DNA of 64,000 nt from Desulfatiglandales bacterium (GTDB taxonomy: Bacteria; Desulfobacterota; DSM-4660; Desulfatiglandales; HGW-15): the NCBI GenBank assembly GCA_963667015.2, contig CAXXJJ010000004.1, positions 1,536,001-1,600,000 on the forward strand, read 5' to 3'. Every line of letters starts with the position of its first letter. Positions within the stretch are counted from its first letter, which is position 1. A model generated the notes under the pieces. That model ran no database searches. It was not told where the DNA came from and was given only the letters and a program-made list of their open reading frames with translations. Below are positions 41,011 to 51,209 of this stretch, one piece after another. Made by a program: the position numbers and the translations under genes.

Positions 41011-42680
41011 CCTGAATTTTGCACGAAAACGCATTTTCTATAGTTTATTATTCAATTTTTATAAAGCTTATTTCTCCGTGCAAGAAATTTTGTGCACGAA
41101 GTACAACCAACTCAAATTACAGCTAAATTATTGCCGCACCAAGGTTTAGGCACTGCTCTCTTCATATCCAAATATTCCATGAACGACAGTAAGGCAGGTG
41201 TTCGGCTATCATGGATAGAGTACCTGACTTTATTCCGGTTTGATGCCATGACAACCTTTGCGGCAATCATCAGCAAACGCAACCTTGCTATACGAACAGT
41301 ATTTGTTTTTATCCCTTTAAGTGAAGCAGCCTGCGGTGCTGCCTCATCAGGTTGTTTGTCTTTGCAACTATTCTCAGCCATTATTTTCAAGTAGCGCCAG
41401 ATATTATAGGCCAGCATTACAACTTGAAAATAAGCATAGTTATTTTTGAAACGTGATGAAGGAATGGCGTCAAGCCCTTCACGTTTTGATTCACCCACCA
41501 GGTTTTCAACATCTGCACGTTTATCATACAGGGCAATGACCTTATGAGCTTTTTGCCTGAGATCAGTGCTGAATATACGATAAGTATATTTATCTTCTTC
41601 AAACAGTTCGTACTGAGTATTTTGATCTTTGATATTTTCTTTGGGCATTCTCATTGCAACAAACCTGACAGGTTCCTCCCACCCCTGAGGCTGGTATACG
41701 CAACTGTTGTACTCACACGCCTGTTTTTTGTTAGGCTGATACCAAAGTCGGGGATCAAATGGAGGATTGCATCCTTTGTTAGCAAAAATAAAATTATAGC
41801 CTTCTTCTATGCATTCATGAACACTTTCTGCACTTTGGAATTCCCCATCCCCACGTACCAAAACCTGTTCAACGCAGCCAGGCAGCTGGCTTTTTATTTG
41901 GGAAATAAATTCCGCAGTTTCGATGCCTCCCATGGTTTCACCTCTACGAAGTTTGCCGATCAGATATTCCCTGCTTTCCTCAATAAAACACAGGACTGGT
42001 CGATAGCCTTTCTTTCCGCGGTTTTTAGTGTTGTGGCCTTTCCGAGCCCCCTGTTGATCTCCAAAAACTGTCTCGACTGTTGTGTCTATATCTAAGCAAA
42101 CTTTGCGATAAGAAATATTGTTAAGGCTCCAGACACGCTCTCTAAGGACTGCCATTACATTCAGTAAGGATTTCCCCTGATTGAGACCCATACTATTAAC
42201 GTATCGCCAAAAAGTACTGGCAACAGGCAAGCTGGTAACCCTAAAAAATCCGCAAAGCATCGAATCAAAACGTAAATATGAAAAATGCCATACCCTGTTG
42301 AAGCCTATAAATAGTAGCGTCAGCAGACCGACTACCATAGAATAGTGTCCCAGCTTGGGTTTCCGGCTAGGGGCTTTATATACAGATTCAAATATTTCCC
42401 GAAAATCAATCAGGTCTATAAATTTTATAATGGCCAAAAGCCCGCCAAATGGGCTTAGCTGTTCACTGCATGTGTCATATGCTGTAGATGCATTGATATT
42501 TCTGGCATTTGAGTGATCTGTCTGGGTTCCTTTATTGTTGTACTTCTTAGTGAATTTTGATTTATTAGCTTTTACCATCTGGGTATCTCCTGTATTTATG
42601 GTTGTCTTTGTCAACTCCCATAATAACAGCGGTTCCCAGATGGTTTCTATGTTTTTTTATTTTTTAATGCAAAATTCAGG
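41011..42680 (-). mobile_element. IS1380-family insertion sequence, 1670 bp
   Basis: TIR CCTGAATTTTGCA at both ends; 5-bp TSD TATTA (41006-10, 42681-85). Confidence 0.95.
41112..42614 (-). CDS. IS1380-family transposase
   Basis: LDIDTT, VRGDGEF, Y..RA.VEN...E.K, AYN motifs; start codon uncertain. Confidence 0.93.
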   Translation of the reverse strand: MTKTTINTGDTQMVKANKSKFTKKYNNKGTQTDHSNARNINASTAYDTCSEQLSPFGGLLAIIKFIDLIDFREIFESVYKAPSRKPKLGHYSMVVGLLTLLFIGFNRVWHFSYLRFDSMLCGFFRVTSLPVASTFWRYVNSMGLNQGKSLLNVMAVLRERVWSLNNISYRKVCLDIDTTVETVFGDQQGARKGHNTKNRGKKGYRPVLCFIEESREYLIGKLRRGETMGGIETAEFISQIKSQLPGCVEQVLVRGDGEFQSAESVHECIEEGYNFIFANKGCNPPFDPRLWYQPNKKQACEYNSCVYQPQGWEEPVRFVAMRMPKENIKDQNTQYELFEEDKYTYRIFSTDLRQKAHKVIALYDKRADVENLVGESKREGLDAIPSSRFKNNYAYFQVVMLAYNIWRYLKIMAENSCKDKQPDEAAPQAASLKGIKTNTVRIARLRLLMIAAKVVMASNRNKVRYSIHDSRTPALLSFMEYLDMKRAVPKPWCGNNLAVI

Positions 42681-42951
42681 TATTAATTTTAATTATTTCG
42701 AATATTACCCTGTTGAATTTATTATGTCAAAAAATGTTAACCAGATAGATCCGTAGAACGGGTTTCATCCAAACATTTTACAGGGTGAACATCAGGGAGA
42801 TAATGGTTCATTGATCACTCTTTTCTTGACTGCTCTGTGTTTTTTCTCTTATTTTAAGAGAATATTCTTATCGATACAGTGCTGCTTTTTTCAAATGAAT
42901 TAATGTTTTTAGGGTCATCAAATAAACAATAACTGAAATTGGGAGGAATCC

Positions 42952-44232
42952 ATGTCTGAAAGCTCAATATATATTGAGTCCAGAAAACCCGAAACCAAAA
43001 TACACAAACGCCTGATACCCGGGGAGAAGTTTGAAGAAGGCGGTATGTCTTTGCTTATGGAGGCCATTGATACAAATCTTATGCGCAGGATGGCTATGAA
43101 GGTTTTACGGGATGAGAGCAATAAAGATGAGTATGAACTAAGCCGTATGGTAATTGAGGCTCAACTCACTGCCCAGCTTGATCACCCCAATATTGTACCC
43201 ATCTATGAGCTTGGACTGGATAAGAAAAAAAGACTATTCTTCACAATGAAAAAGGTACAGGGGAGACCTCTTTATAAACTGATCACCGAAAAAGAACTCT
43301 CCACAAGGAGTGACAGGGATATTTTTAATCTGGTCCAGATTATGCTCAAGGTATGTGATGCTGTTTCATTTGCGCACAGCAAAGGCGTGCTCCACCGGGA
43401 TCTTAAGCCTGATAATATAATGATTGGTAAATTCGGACAGGTATACTTGATGGACTGGGGTATTGCTTTTGTCAAACAAAATGAAACCTCTGCCTCATGG
43501 ATGGATATACCTGAAATCAAAAAAAGAAAAAGTTACAGTGTTCGTGAAGAGCAAAAGGGAAATGTCCTGGGAACGCCATGTTACATGTCCCCTGAACAGG
43601 CTTCTGGCGACCCGGATGCCATAGATGAGCGAAGTGACATATTCTCACTCGGAGCCATTTTATATGAAATCCTGACAGGGCAGTTCCCCATCCCCGGCAA
43701 ATCCTTGCGCGAGATGCAGACAAATGCCAAAAATTATGAATTCCCGCCCCCTGATGAAAGGGTCGATTTTCCTCTTCCTGTAGGGCTTGTAAGAATTACC
43801 ATGAAGGCAATGAGCAGGAAACCGGAAGACAGGTATCAGAAAGTGGAAGAACTCAGGGATGACCTGGAAAGTTTTCTTGAAGGAAGCGGGCGTTTTCCGG
43901 GAAGGACATACAAGGCCGGTGAAGTGATTGTGCATGAAGGTGACAGGGGTGATGAAGCCTATATTATTAAGGCCGGTGAATGCCGGGCATTTAAGATGAT
44001 CGACGGCGAAAAGGTTGAACTGAGGGTAATGGGCAAAGATGAAGTTTTTGGAGAGACCGCAGTATTAACTGATAAACCAAGATCTGCAAGTGTTGAAGCG
44101 GTTACAGATGTTACCGTCGCCGTCATAAAGGGACATCATTTTGAAGAGGAACTTGGAACCGGTACCTGGTTTGGCCCTTTTATACGTACACTGGCCGAGC
44201 GTTTCCGGGAGGCAGATCAAAAGGCAAATTAA
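42952..44232 (+). CDS. Hanks-type Ser/Thr kinase with C-terminal cNMP-binding domain
   Basis: HRDLKPDN, DWG, GTPCYMSPEQ; FGE.A.L...PRSASV. Confidence 0.93.
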   Translation: MSESSIYIESRKPETKIHKRLIPGEKFEEGGMSLLMEAIDTNLMRRMAMKVLRDESNKDEYELSRMVIEAQLTAQLDHPNIVPIYELGLDKKKRLFFTMKKVQGRPLYKLITEKELSTRSDRDIFNLVQIMLKVCDAVSFAHSKGVLHRDLKPDNIMIGKFGQVYLMDWGIAFVKQNETSASWMDIPEIKKRKSYSVREEQKGNVLGTPCYMSPEQASGDPDAIDERSDIFSLGAILYEILTGQFPIPGKSLREMQTNAKNYEFPPPDERVDFPLPVGLVRITMKAMSRKPEDRYQKVEELRDDLESFLEGSGRFPGRTYKAGEVIVHEGDRGDEAYIIKAGECRAFKMIDGEKVELRVMGKDEVFGETAVLTDKPRSASVEAVTDVTVAVIKGHHFEEELGTGTWFGPFIRTLAERFREADQKAN

Positions 44233-45185
44233 TCAGCTAATAAATCAATTTCCTTCTCAAACTTTACACCTATTCCTGCTGATTCAAGACGTACAATGGT
44301 GCCTTTTGATTTGATGTTCTTTTTCCCCTCAGGAAGCTGAAATGTTAAGGTTATTTCCTGTTCTATACTGAAAGACTCCATGGTTTCGATAAAGGCCCCG
44401 GTTGGGCTGATATTGCTGATATACCCGGTATATACCTTGTCTTTAATAATGAAATGAGTATAGATGAGCCGTTCTTTTCTCTGGGTAACGCGCCGCTCCC
44501 CGGTTTTTTGTTCAAATGATTTGAGGAACGTTCTCTTTTCCTTTAAAAGCTGAGCACTATCATATTTACTCAATTTGATTTCTTCATATAAATTACCAAT
44601 CTGGATTGCCGCTTTGCTTCGAGGTGCGTACTGAAGCACTGAAACGCCTTTTTTAAAGGATTTAATAAAGTCGGCATACTGGTTAATTTCATTTTTAAAT
44701 ATATCCACGCCATAGGGAGTCAGCGTCTCCCGCACTTCACGCCCCATTATGGTACCTGTAACAGTCTTTGAAACTAGGAGTCTCGCGTTGAGCCTTTTAT
44801 TATGATTCTGTACCTGCCGTATCAGACTGATAATTTTGGCGCTTGAGCGAATTGAAAGGGGAGAAGGATCGATAGGCACAATGGCCAGATGGGAAGTCAG
44901 CAGGCTTGAAACGATAATTTTACTTATACCCGGAGGTGTATCGATGATGGTATGGGTGTAACCCTTCGAAAGTTTCTCCATATCATGGTGAATGGAATTT
45001 TCAGGATAATGTATAACATCAAGCGCCTTATTCTCTAAAAGACCCTGCCATTTCACCACGCAGCCAAGAGGATCGGTATCTATAAGCAGGACCCTGTTTT
45101 TTTTCTGAGCGATATAGCAGGCAAGGTTAATGGCAATGGTCGACTTACCCACTCCTCCCTTGTTGTTTGCCAGGCTGATAATCAT
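44229..45185 (-). CDS. ParA-family ATPase fused to PilZ domain
   Basis: KGGVGKST, IIDTPP; RVTQR (RxxxR) and NISPTG (D/NxSxxG). Confidence 0.88.
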   Translation of the reverse strand: MIISLANNKGGVGKSTIAINLACYIAQKKNRVLLIDTDPLGCVVKWQGLLENKALDVIHYPENSIHHDMEKLSKGYTHTIIDTPPGISKIIVSSLLTSHLAIVPIDPSPLSIRSSAKIISLIRQVQNHNKRLNARLLVSKTVTGTIMGREVRETLTPYGVDIFKNEINQYADFIKSFKKGVSVLQYAPRSKAAIQIGNLYEEIKLSKYDSAQLLKEKRTFLKSFEQKTGERRVTQRKERLIYTHFIIKDKVYTGYISNISPTGAFIETMESFSIEQEITLTFQLPEGKKNIKSKGTIVRLESAGIGVKFEKEIDLLAD

Positions 45186-45414
45186 CGTGATGCTCCAATT
45201 TATTATGTGTAAAAAAATTCAGATCTGATTGTATCCCTCATTGTCCCCGCTCACATGGCTATTTAAATGCCTGTGAATATCTGCAAATGTTTTAACACCT
45301 TAAAAACTATTGAAAATAAATTATTCTATAAATCTTATCAATAAAAAAACAATTTGCATATGAATGCATCTCCTGTCTATAATTGCCAAAACTATCTGAT
45401 CTCAGGAGAATACC

Positions 45415-46046
45415 ATGAAAAAGGCGCTTATACTTGTGGATATACAGAATGATTTTATTCCGGGAGGAGCTCTTGAGGTACGCAGGGGAGATGAAGTTGT
45501 TGAGGTTGCCAACAGGGCAATGAAACATTTTGATCATATTATCGCCACTCAGGACTGGCATCCTGCAGACCACAAATCATTCGCCAGTCAGCATGAAGGG
45601 AAAAATATCGGAGAATTCATTGAACTGCATGGTCAACCCCAGATACTCTGGCCGGACCACTGTGTTAAAGAATACAAAAGGAGCAGAGTTTGCTCCCGGA
45701 CTCAATGTTTCAGGTATCACAAAGGTTATTAAGAAAGGACTTGATAAAGAGGTGGACAGCTACAGCGGTTTTTTTGACAATGCACAGGACCACGCAACCG
45801 GGCTGGAGGATTACCTGAAATCGCAGGAAATAGATACCCTGTACATCATGGGCCTTGCCACTGATTATTGCGTTAAGTACACGGCCCTTGATGCCAGAAG
45901 GCTTGGCTTTGATACAAACCATCATCATTGAAGGAGTAAGAGGAGTTGAGCTTAATTCCGGAGACTGTGATGCCGCGATTGAGGAGATGAAAAAAACAGG
46001 GGTAAAGGTTGGCAGCATTGACAACCTTAAGGCTGAAGCGTATTAG
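45415..46046 (+). pseudogene. pncA: nicotinamidase/pyrazinamidase with two +1 frameshifts (209 aa when corrected)
   Basis: VDIQNDF.PGGAL, TQDWHP, WPDHCV, DSYSGFF, GLATDYCV across three frames; extra A at 45667-69 and 45916-18. Confidence 0.88.
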
Positions 46047-46278
46047 TCTGAAGGCTATCAGGTAAAGCCTTTTCGCATTGATCTTAACAATGCGGATAAT
46101 ATTTAAAAAACAAAACCAATCTTTCATTCTGAAATTAAATGTAGTTACCACTATTTAATCTTACAAATATCTCAAGTAAGATTTGACTTCTACTGACATG
46201 TAAAATGTTTAGATTTCTTATCGAAGTCTATACTTAAATGTTACTTCAAATTGTTATGACTTAGCTGTAGTCTATACT

Positions 46279-46340
46279 TAGTAACGACCTGATTCACGGG
46301 AAGCCGGCGTCTTATCAGGCTTTCCGGTGAAAGATTATTT
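46279..46340 (-). other. integron attC site, degenerate (R''-L'' spacer lost)
   Basis: Homologous to attC 48899-48965; L' CGTGAAT, spacer CAGGTC, R' GTTACTA. Confidence 0.7.
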
Positions 46341-47579
46341 TTTCTTACGTGCTCTTTTTACTGCATTATCAATGGATCGTGAAAGAATTTCCATTTGTTC
46401 TGAGTAGTTCTTTACTTCTCTAAAATCTGTGAAACGATAATCTGATAGAAAAACCGGAAGTTCGCAGTCCTTATATACAACTGGAAGAATTTTTAATTCT
46501 TCTGCCAATCTTAGGTTATAAGCAGCTCTTAATTCTTCTTTCACCCAAGGACGCTCTAAAGCATCAGGAGATAGAACAATAACAAATGTAAAGCAACTTT
46601 TTAAGGCTTCTTGTATTTTATCAGAAATTGAATCACCAATGTCGATTTCTCCTTCATCGCGCCAAACATGTAAATTCCTGTTTTTTAAATCCCCTGCTAT
46701 TTTCCGCGCGAAATTTTGATCTCCAGTAAAATAACTAATGAAAACATCAAATTCTTTTTCTTTCATAACATCTATTAACATCCTTCCCGGAAATGGGGCA
46801 TCCATAACTGAATATGATTTCATATCATAAGGTATTAATTCATTTATTACTGTTTCAGAAGGTAGTTCAGCTAAATACGTTCCTCGCTTTGCCCAATATT
46901 GATAACTATTTGTAGGGTCTTCTGTGTTCACAACTTTATCAGCAGCTGGTGAAAGATATGGAAGGTGTAAAATCCCCTCTGCTTCGTGTGCGGACATCCC
47001 TAGAAGAAGAAGATCTTTTTGTCTAACCATTTCCATCATATTCTCTATTTAAATCCTATCTTGAGCGTTAAGCGTCAGTTGTTGGTGAAGCCCATACCAT
47101 TTCGATTCATTTTGTAAACTTCTAAATGCACTGAATACATTTGGTGTATCAGGGTTCCTTTGTTTCCATGATCCTATTGATAATCCACCAGTAAAATCAT
47201 ATGAAACAGGTTGCCTCCCAAGTTCTTTCAATGAGTCCAATAATCGTCTATCAAGAGATATATCTATAAAATTGGAAACTGGAATAGTTGCGATTTTTCT
47301 ATGTATTGATTTAGGTTTTGTTGACTCTTTCTTCTTTATTACAAAAGACCATACTTTTTGTCTTTCATTTTTTTTCTCAACCTTATCGATGAATTGATTC
47401 CACTTTGTATACCACTCATATTGGTTTGAAACAGAAAATTTAACATTAAAGTGGGAGCAGATCTCATTTGCCATCGTTGGCAGGTCCATGCCGCCAGAGA
47501 ACAAACTACCCACAGCTATACAAAGCTGATTTGCACGAGCTTTCATTTTAATTCTATGTATAAAGGAATCGTCTATCAT
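46335..47579 (-). pseudogene. SIR2-like + TIR fusion cassette gene with in-frame TAA at 47049-47051 (414 aa if intact)
   Basis: ORFs in frame (QDRI*IENMMEM); SIR2_2-like layout (LCIAVG..S..LPT, IHRKIA, DLLLLGMS); TIR DVFISY...PWVKEEL. Confidence 0.75.
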
Positions 47580-47586
47580 TTTTTTT

Positions 47587-48891
47587 GGTTCATCCGGTTA
47601 ATGAGTACATAAAGTTGAAATAGAGGTGGAATAGGTTGATAATCCAATGGTAACCACACCAAAAGGAGGTATCAACCACATGTCCACCTCATTACTCTAT
47701 CATGCCTTTGGAATCAAAGGAGTCAAGTATATTTCTACAAAATATAAAAATGGGGTTACTATATTTAACTCAGAAGTATCAAATTCCATTGAGTATTGCC
47801 CTGAGTGTAAAAGTCATAAAACAAGCAGACAAAAGGGTGTAAAAATCAGGGATTTTAAAATGAACCCCATAGGTTCGAGGCCAACCTTTCTAAGGTTAAA
47901 GATATGGCGTCTTTATTGTGAAGACTGTCACTCTCTAAGATGGCCTAAACTCCCTTTTTCCGAGGGTAAAAAACGATATACAAGGCGTTTCGCAAAATTT
48001 GCTATTGATCTACTACACTGGATGACTATCTCCGGAACAGCCAGCATTCTAAGTGTTGGTTGGGATCTGATTAAAGATATCCATAAGGAACACTTAAAAC
48101 GCCGTTACAAAACACCACCATTGGAAAAATTAGAATACCTGGGCATTGATGAATTCAGTATTAGAAAAGGTCATAATTATATGAGTATCTTTGTTGATCT
48201 TAAATCAGGACGTATACTCCATGCCGTTGAAGGCCGATCAGGTGAAGATATAGAACCCTTTCTAAAACGTATAAAAAAAAGATCCCCTAAGCTAAAAGCC
48301 ATTGCCATGGACATGAGTAAAAGCTATATCGCTGCAGTGCAGGAGCATTTGCCCCTTGTACCAATAGTTTTCGATCACTATCACATCTCTGCTTTAATGA
48401 ACAATGCCATTGAGGATGTGAGGCGGGAGCAACAGGCAAAAATCGATCAAGAAGGAGCAAATCTCATAAAAGGCTCCCGCTTCCTTCTTTTGAAAAATTA
48501 CGAAAAACTTTGTGATGAAAAGCAAGACCGCCTTAATAACTTGCTCCGGGTCAACGAACCTCTTTTCACTGCCCATACAATGAAAGAACAACTGAGACAA
48601 TTTTGGGAAAAAGACACTTACATTGACGCAGCTTTGTTCTTGGATGCGTGGTGCACTGATGCTGAAAAATCAGGCATAAAACCTTTAGTAAAAGTATCCA
48701 AAACCCTTATGCAGCATAGCCATGGTTTATTGAACTACTTTTTCCATCGAATTACTTCCGCTCAAGTCGAAGGTATTAATAATAAAATAAAAACCCTTAA
48801 AAGACAGGCCTATGGCTTTCGGGATATGGTATACTTTAAATTGAGATTGTATCATTTACACTCTCAGGCGTACTCATTAACCGGATGATCC
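47587..48891 (+). mobile_element. ISL3-family insertion sequence, 1305 bp
   Basis: 22-bp TIR GG(T/A)TCATCCGGTTAATGAGTAC; 8-bp TSD T8 (47579-86, 48892-99). Confidence 0.96.
47680..48888 (+). CDS. ISL3-family transposase
   Basis: CPEC zinc finger, GIDEF, AMDMS, EGINNKIK.LKR.AYGFRD; AGGAGG RBS. Confidence 0.96.
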   Translation: MSTSLLYHAFGIKGVKYISTKYKNGVTIFNSEVSNSIEYCPECKSHKTSRQKGVKIRDFKMNPIGSRPTFLRLKIWRLYCEDCHSLRWPKLPFSEGKKRYTRRFAKFAIDLLHWMTISGTASILSVGWDLIKDIHKEHLKRRYKTPPLEKLEYLGIDEFSIRKGHNYMSIFVDLKSGRILHAVEGRSGEDIEPFLKRIKKRSPKLKAIAMDMSKSYIAAVQEHLPLVPIVFDHYHISALMNNAIEDVRREQQAKIDQEGANLIKGSRFLLLKNYEKLCDEKQDRLNNLLRVNEPLFTAHTMKEQLRQFWEKDTYIDAALFLDAWCTDAEKSGIKPLVKVSKTLMQHSHGLLNYFFHRITSAQVEGINNKIKTLKRQAYGFRDMVYFKLRLYHLHSQAYSLTG

Positions 48892-48898
48892 TTTTTTT

Positions 48899-48965
48899 TG
48901 ATAACGTTTGGCTTCACTGGAAGCCGACGTCTCATCAGGCTTTCCAGTGAAAGCCGATGTTAGCC
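48899..48965 (-). other. integron attC site (canonical architecture)
   Basis: R'' GGCTAAC (contains gene stop), 5-nt spacer, L'' CTTTCACT ... L' AGTGAAG, 6-nt spacer, R' GTTATCA; extrahelical bases present. Confidence 0.88.
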
Positions 48966-49805
48966 CAGAAATACTAAGTTCTCTGGTTTTTGTGTAAGTT
49001 TTATTTTGCCTTGGCTATTCACCGATAATAAATTATCAAAATGTGTAAAATGTAGAATATTTAGCATTAATACCTCTTCAGGCTTTTTTCCCAATTCCGC
49101 AATAAATTTTTTTGAATCAAATGAATCATGATCTTTCAAATAAGCTGTTACACGCCGGAATAGTTTTGGGAGAATTATATTGTTTTCTGTAACATCAATT
49201 AATGAGTTTATAGCACAGTAGGTATTTGTTTTATCTTCTGACCATAAACCCTTTTTTGAACTTCTTGCCTTAACTGCAGCTTTCGAAAACAGTTCGCGCA
49301 AATCATAGAACATACCGTCATAGAATGTTGGATAAGCCAATCCTTTAGACAGCATCTTATAATTTACTGATTTCCGTGCAATTTGACTGTTAAGGTATAA
49401 TTCATCAACACTTTTTAACTCTGATAGATTTGGGAAAACAAATGAAACTGGTCTTCCATACCTTTCAGCCTGTCTTGATACAATGTATCCAGTCACACCA
49501 TCATTTGCAGAAGTGACTTTTGAACCACTATCGTTCCATATGACATTTTCAACACCAAGTAATTTGAAAAGGTAATTTGTTGCCAAAACAGCAAATTCTT
49601 TGGGTTGGTGTTCCTGCTCGTAGTGCGTTTCGAGAGTATCAATGCCCTCAATTCGGAGTTGGGCATGCCCTTTTGAGTTTAACTTTACTTTTCCTCCACC
49701 TAGTTGCTCCCAAGACGAAGTATCCTCGGCTTTAAATCTTATTGAATCACCATCTGGTGAATAACCTACAACATGAAAAGAACCCTTTATCACTTTGAAT
49801 GACAT
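48960..49805 (-). CDS. thermonuclease (SNase)-like protein, cassette-borne, no signal peptide
   Basis: PDGDSI, LRIEGIDTLE, RYGR, N..ML.KGLA, AR..KKGLW. Confidence 0.82.
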   Translation of the reverse strand: MSFKVIKGSFHVVGYSPDGDSIRFKAEDTSSWEQLGGGKVKLNSKGHAQLRIEGIDTLETHYEQEHQPKEFAVLATNYLFKLLGVENVIWNDSGSKVTSANDGVTGYIVSRQAERYGRPVSFVFPNLSELKSVDELYLNSQIARKSVNYKMLSKGLAYPTFYDGMFYDLRELFSKAAVKARSSKKGLWSEDKTNTYCAINSLIDVTENNIILPKLFRRVTAYLKDHDSFDSKKFIAELGKKPEEVLMLNILHFTHFDNLLSVNSQGKIKLTQKPENLVFLG

Positions 49806-49912
49806 AATTCCCTCCTATTTTGATTAAAAATTAGGGTAAGCAATTTTCTCCTTACCAAAAGTTAAAAATCAACATTAATATTATGAATAAAGACACTTTC
49901 ATTTTAAAAAAG

Positions 49913-50002
49913 GGTTATCGACAGAGATCAGGCGCGGGCCAGATGACTTGCAGCATCAGAGCTCCCGCACCCCTTCCCGTCGCCTGAATTGATTTGATAT
50001 GC
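49913..50002 (-). other. attC-like site with ATC/GAT core triplets
   Basis: R'' GCATATC, AAATC, L'' AATTCAGG, CG-A-CGGG ... CCCG-CG, L' CCTGATC, TCTGTC, R' GATAACC. Confidence 0.78.
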
Positions 50003-50013
50003 CATTTGTCATT

Positions 50014-51192
50014 TTACGATTCCTGCAATTGTTCAACAAGCTGAACCAGGGAGATGGTACAATCTGATATCTTGTCTATGATTGCCTGTAATGACCTCCC
50101 TCCATCCATATATAACCCCATTGTTTCAACAAGATGTAAATCTCGCCCTATTGAAGATAATTCTTGTTTGCTATCATCCTCGATAGTTTTAACATTATAC
50201 TGGGACATTTTTAGCAATCGGTGTCCGAACCCAGAAGCTTCTGTTTGTAGTTCTTCGATCCTTCCAGTTTCGACCATATCCTGTGACCGACTGACTAGGT
50301 CATTTAGTTTCCGAGAAATTATAATTATTGAGTCTCTAATCTGCTTTTCTGAATCAGCGCTCAATTGGATGGAATCAATATTTCTCTTTTTGATTTCTAT
50401 TAGCTTTCCCTTTGCTTGCTCGGTAAGACGCTTTAACTCTGGCCCGCATCCCAGGGTCAACCGCATGGAGGCTACAGCATCAAGATCAATAGATACTTCT
50501 TTAAGCTCACCAGCTATATTGTCTTCAATAGCAATATCCTGCGCTGACAGATCCCTTAGCTCAGCAGCGGCGTAGCCAAAATCAGACCGCCATTGATCTA
50601 ACCAAGGGTTGATTTGTCTCTCTTCTGCTTGCTCGGCATATATTAATGTGTCAATGATAATTCTTGCGAGATTGGAATAGAAATCAGAACGAGCATCAGG
50701 AATATTTTCATTTTCTCCTATACTTTTAACAGCCAGGTGTTCGGTTATGAGCTCAAGCACTTCATGAGGCTCTGCAGGACGAGACTCTGTGAGATGGCGT
50801 ACATAAGGGACATTGTTACTATAATATACAGGTTGTTTTCCGTGTGGCACATTTATAACCAAAACAACTAGATCGTCTTCTACAGCAAACGTTGCTACGG
50901 GTGTAATAGCTGGTTTTACTGTGCCTCTACAAATACCTTCAAGCCGTTTAAATAGATTATCTCTATCTTCCTGACTGTCAGCATTCTTAATACCTATGAG
51001 GTCACCTGAGTCTGATACTCCAATCAAAATAGTTCCTTGGTTGGAGGTGGCGAACGCCGCGATTTCTTTTGCCAAGTCACGAGTGTTCTGCGGGAATATT
51101 TCTTTGTATTCTAAATGCTGTCCTTCTCCTCTTGAACGTAGTATTGGCAAATCTTTGGAAAGGTTCTCATCGGCCCAGTTTGGTATATTCAC
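50014..51192 (-). CDS. Schlafen/AlbA_2-domain protein with helical C-terminus, cassette-borne
   Basis: GEGQHLEYKE, IAAFA...GTILIGVSD.G; GTG start with AGGAG RBS. Confidence 0.87.
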   Translation of the reverse strand: MNIPNWADENLSKDLPILRSRGEGQHLEYKEIFPQNTRDLAKEIAAFATSNQGTILIGVSDSGDLIGIKNADSQEDRDNLFKRLEGICRGTVKPAITPVATFAVEDDLVVLVINVPHGKQPVYYSNNVPYVRHLTESRPAEPHEVLELITEHLAVKSIGENENIPDARSDFYSNLARIIIDTLIYAEQAEERQINPWLDQWRSDFGYAAAELRDLSAQDIAIEDNIAGELKEVSIDLDAVASMRLTLGCGPELKRLTEQAKGKLIEIKKRNIDSIQLSADSEKQIRDSIIIISRKLNDLVSRSQDMVETGRIEELQTEASGFGHRLLKMSQYNVKTIEDDSKQELSSIGRDLHLVETMGLYMDGGRSLQAIIDKISDCTISLVQLVEQLQES

Positions 51193-51209
51193 TTCGCTCT
51201 CCTATTTAG

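Noticed and set aside
46225..46280. 12-bp direct repeat AGTCTATACTTA with 44-bp period as a CRISPR remnant
   Set aside because: Only two short copies and no cas genes; at most an operator
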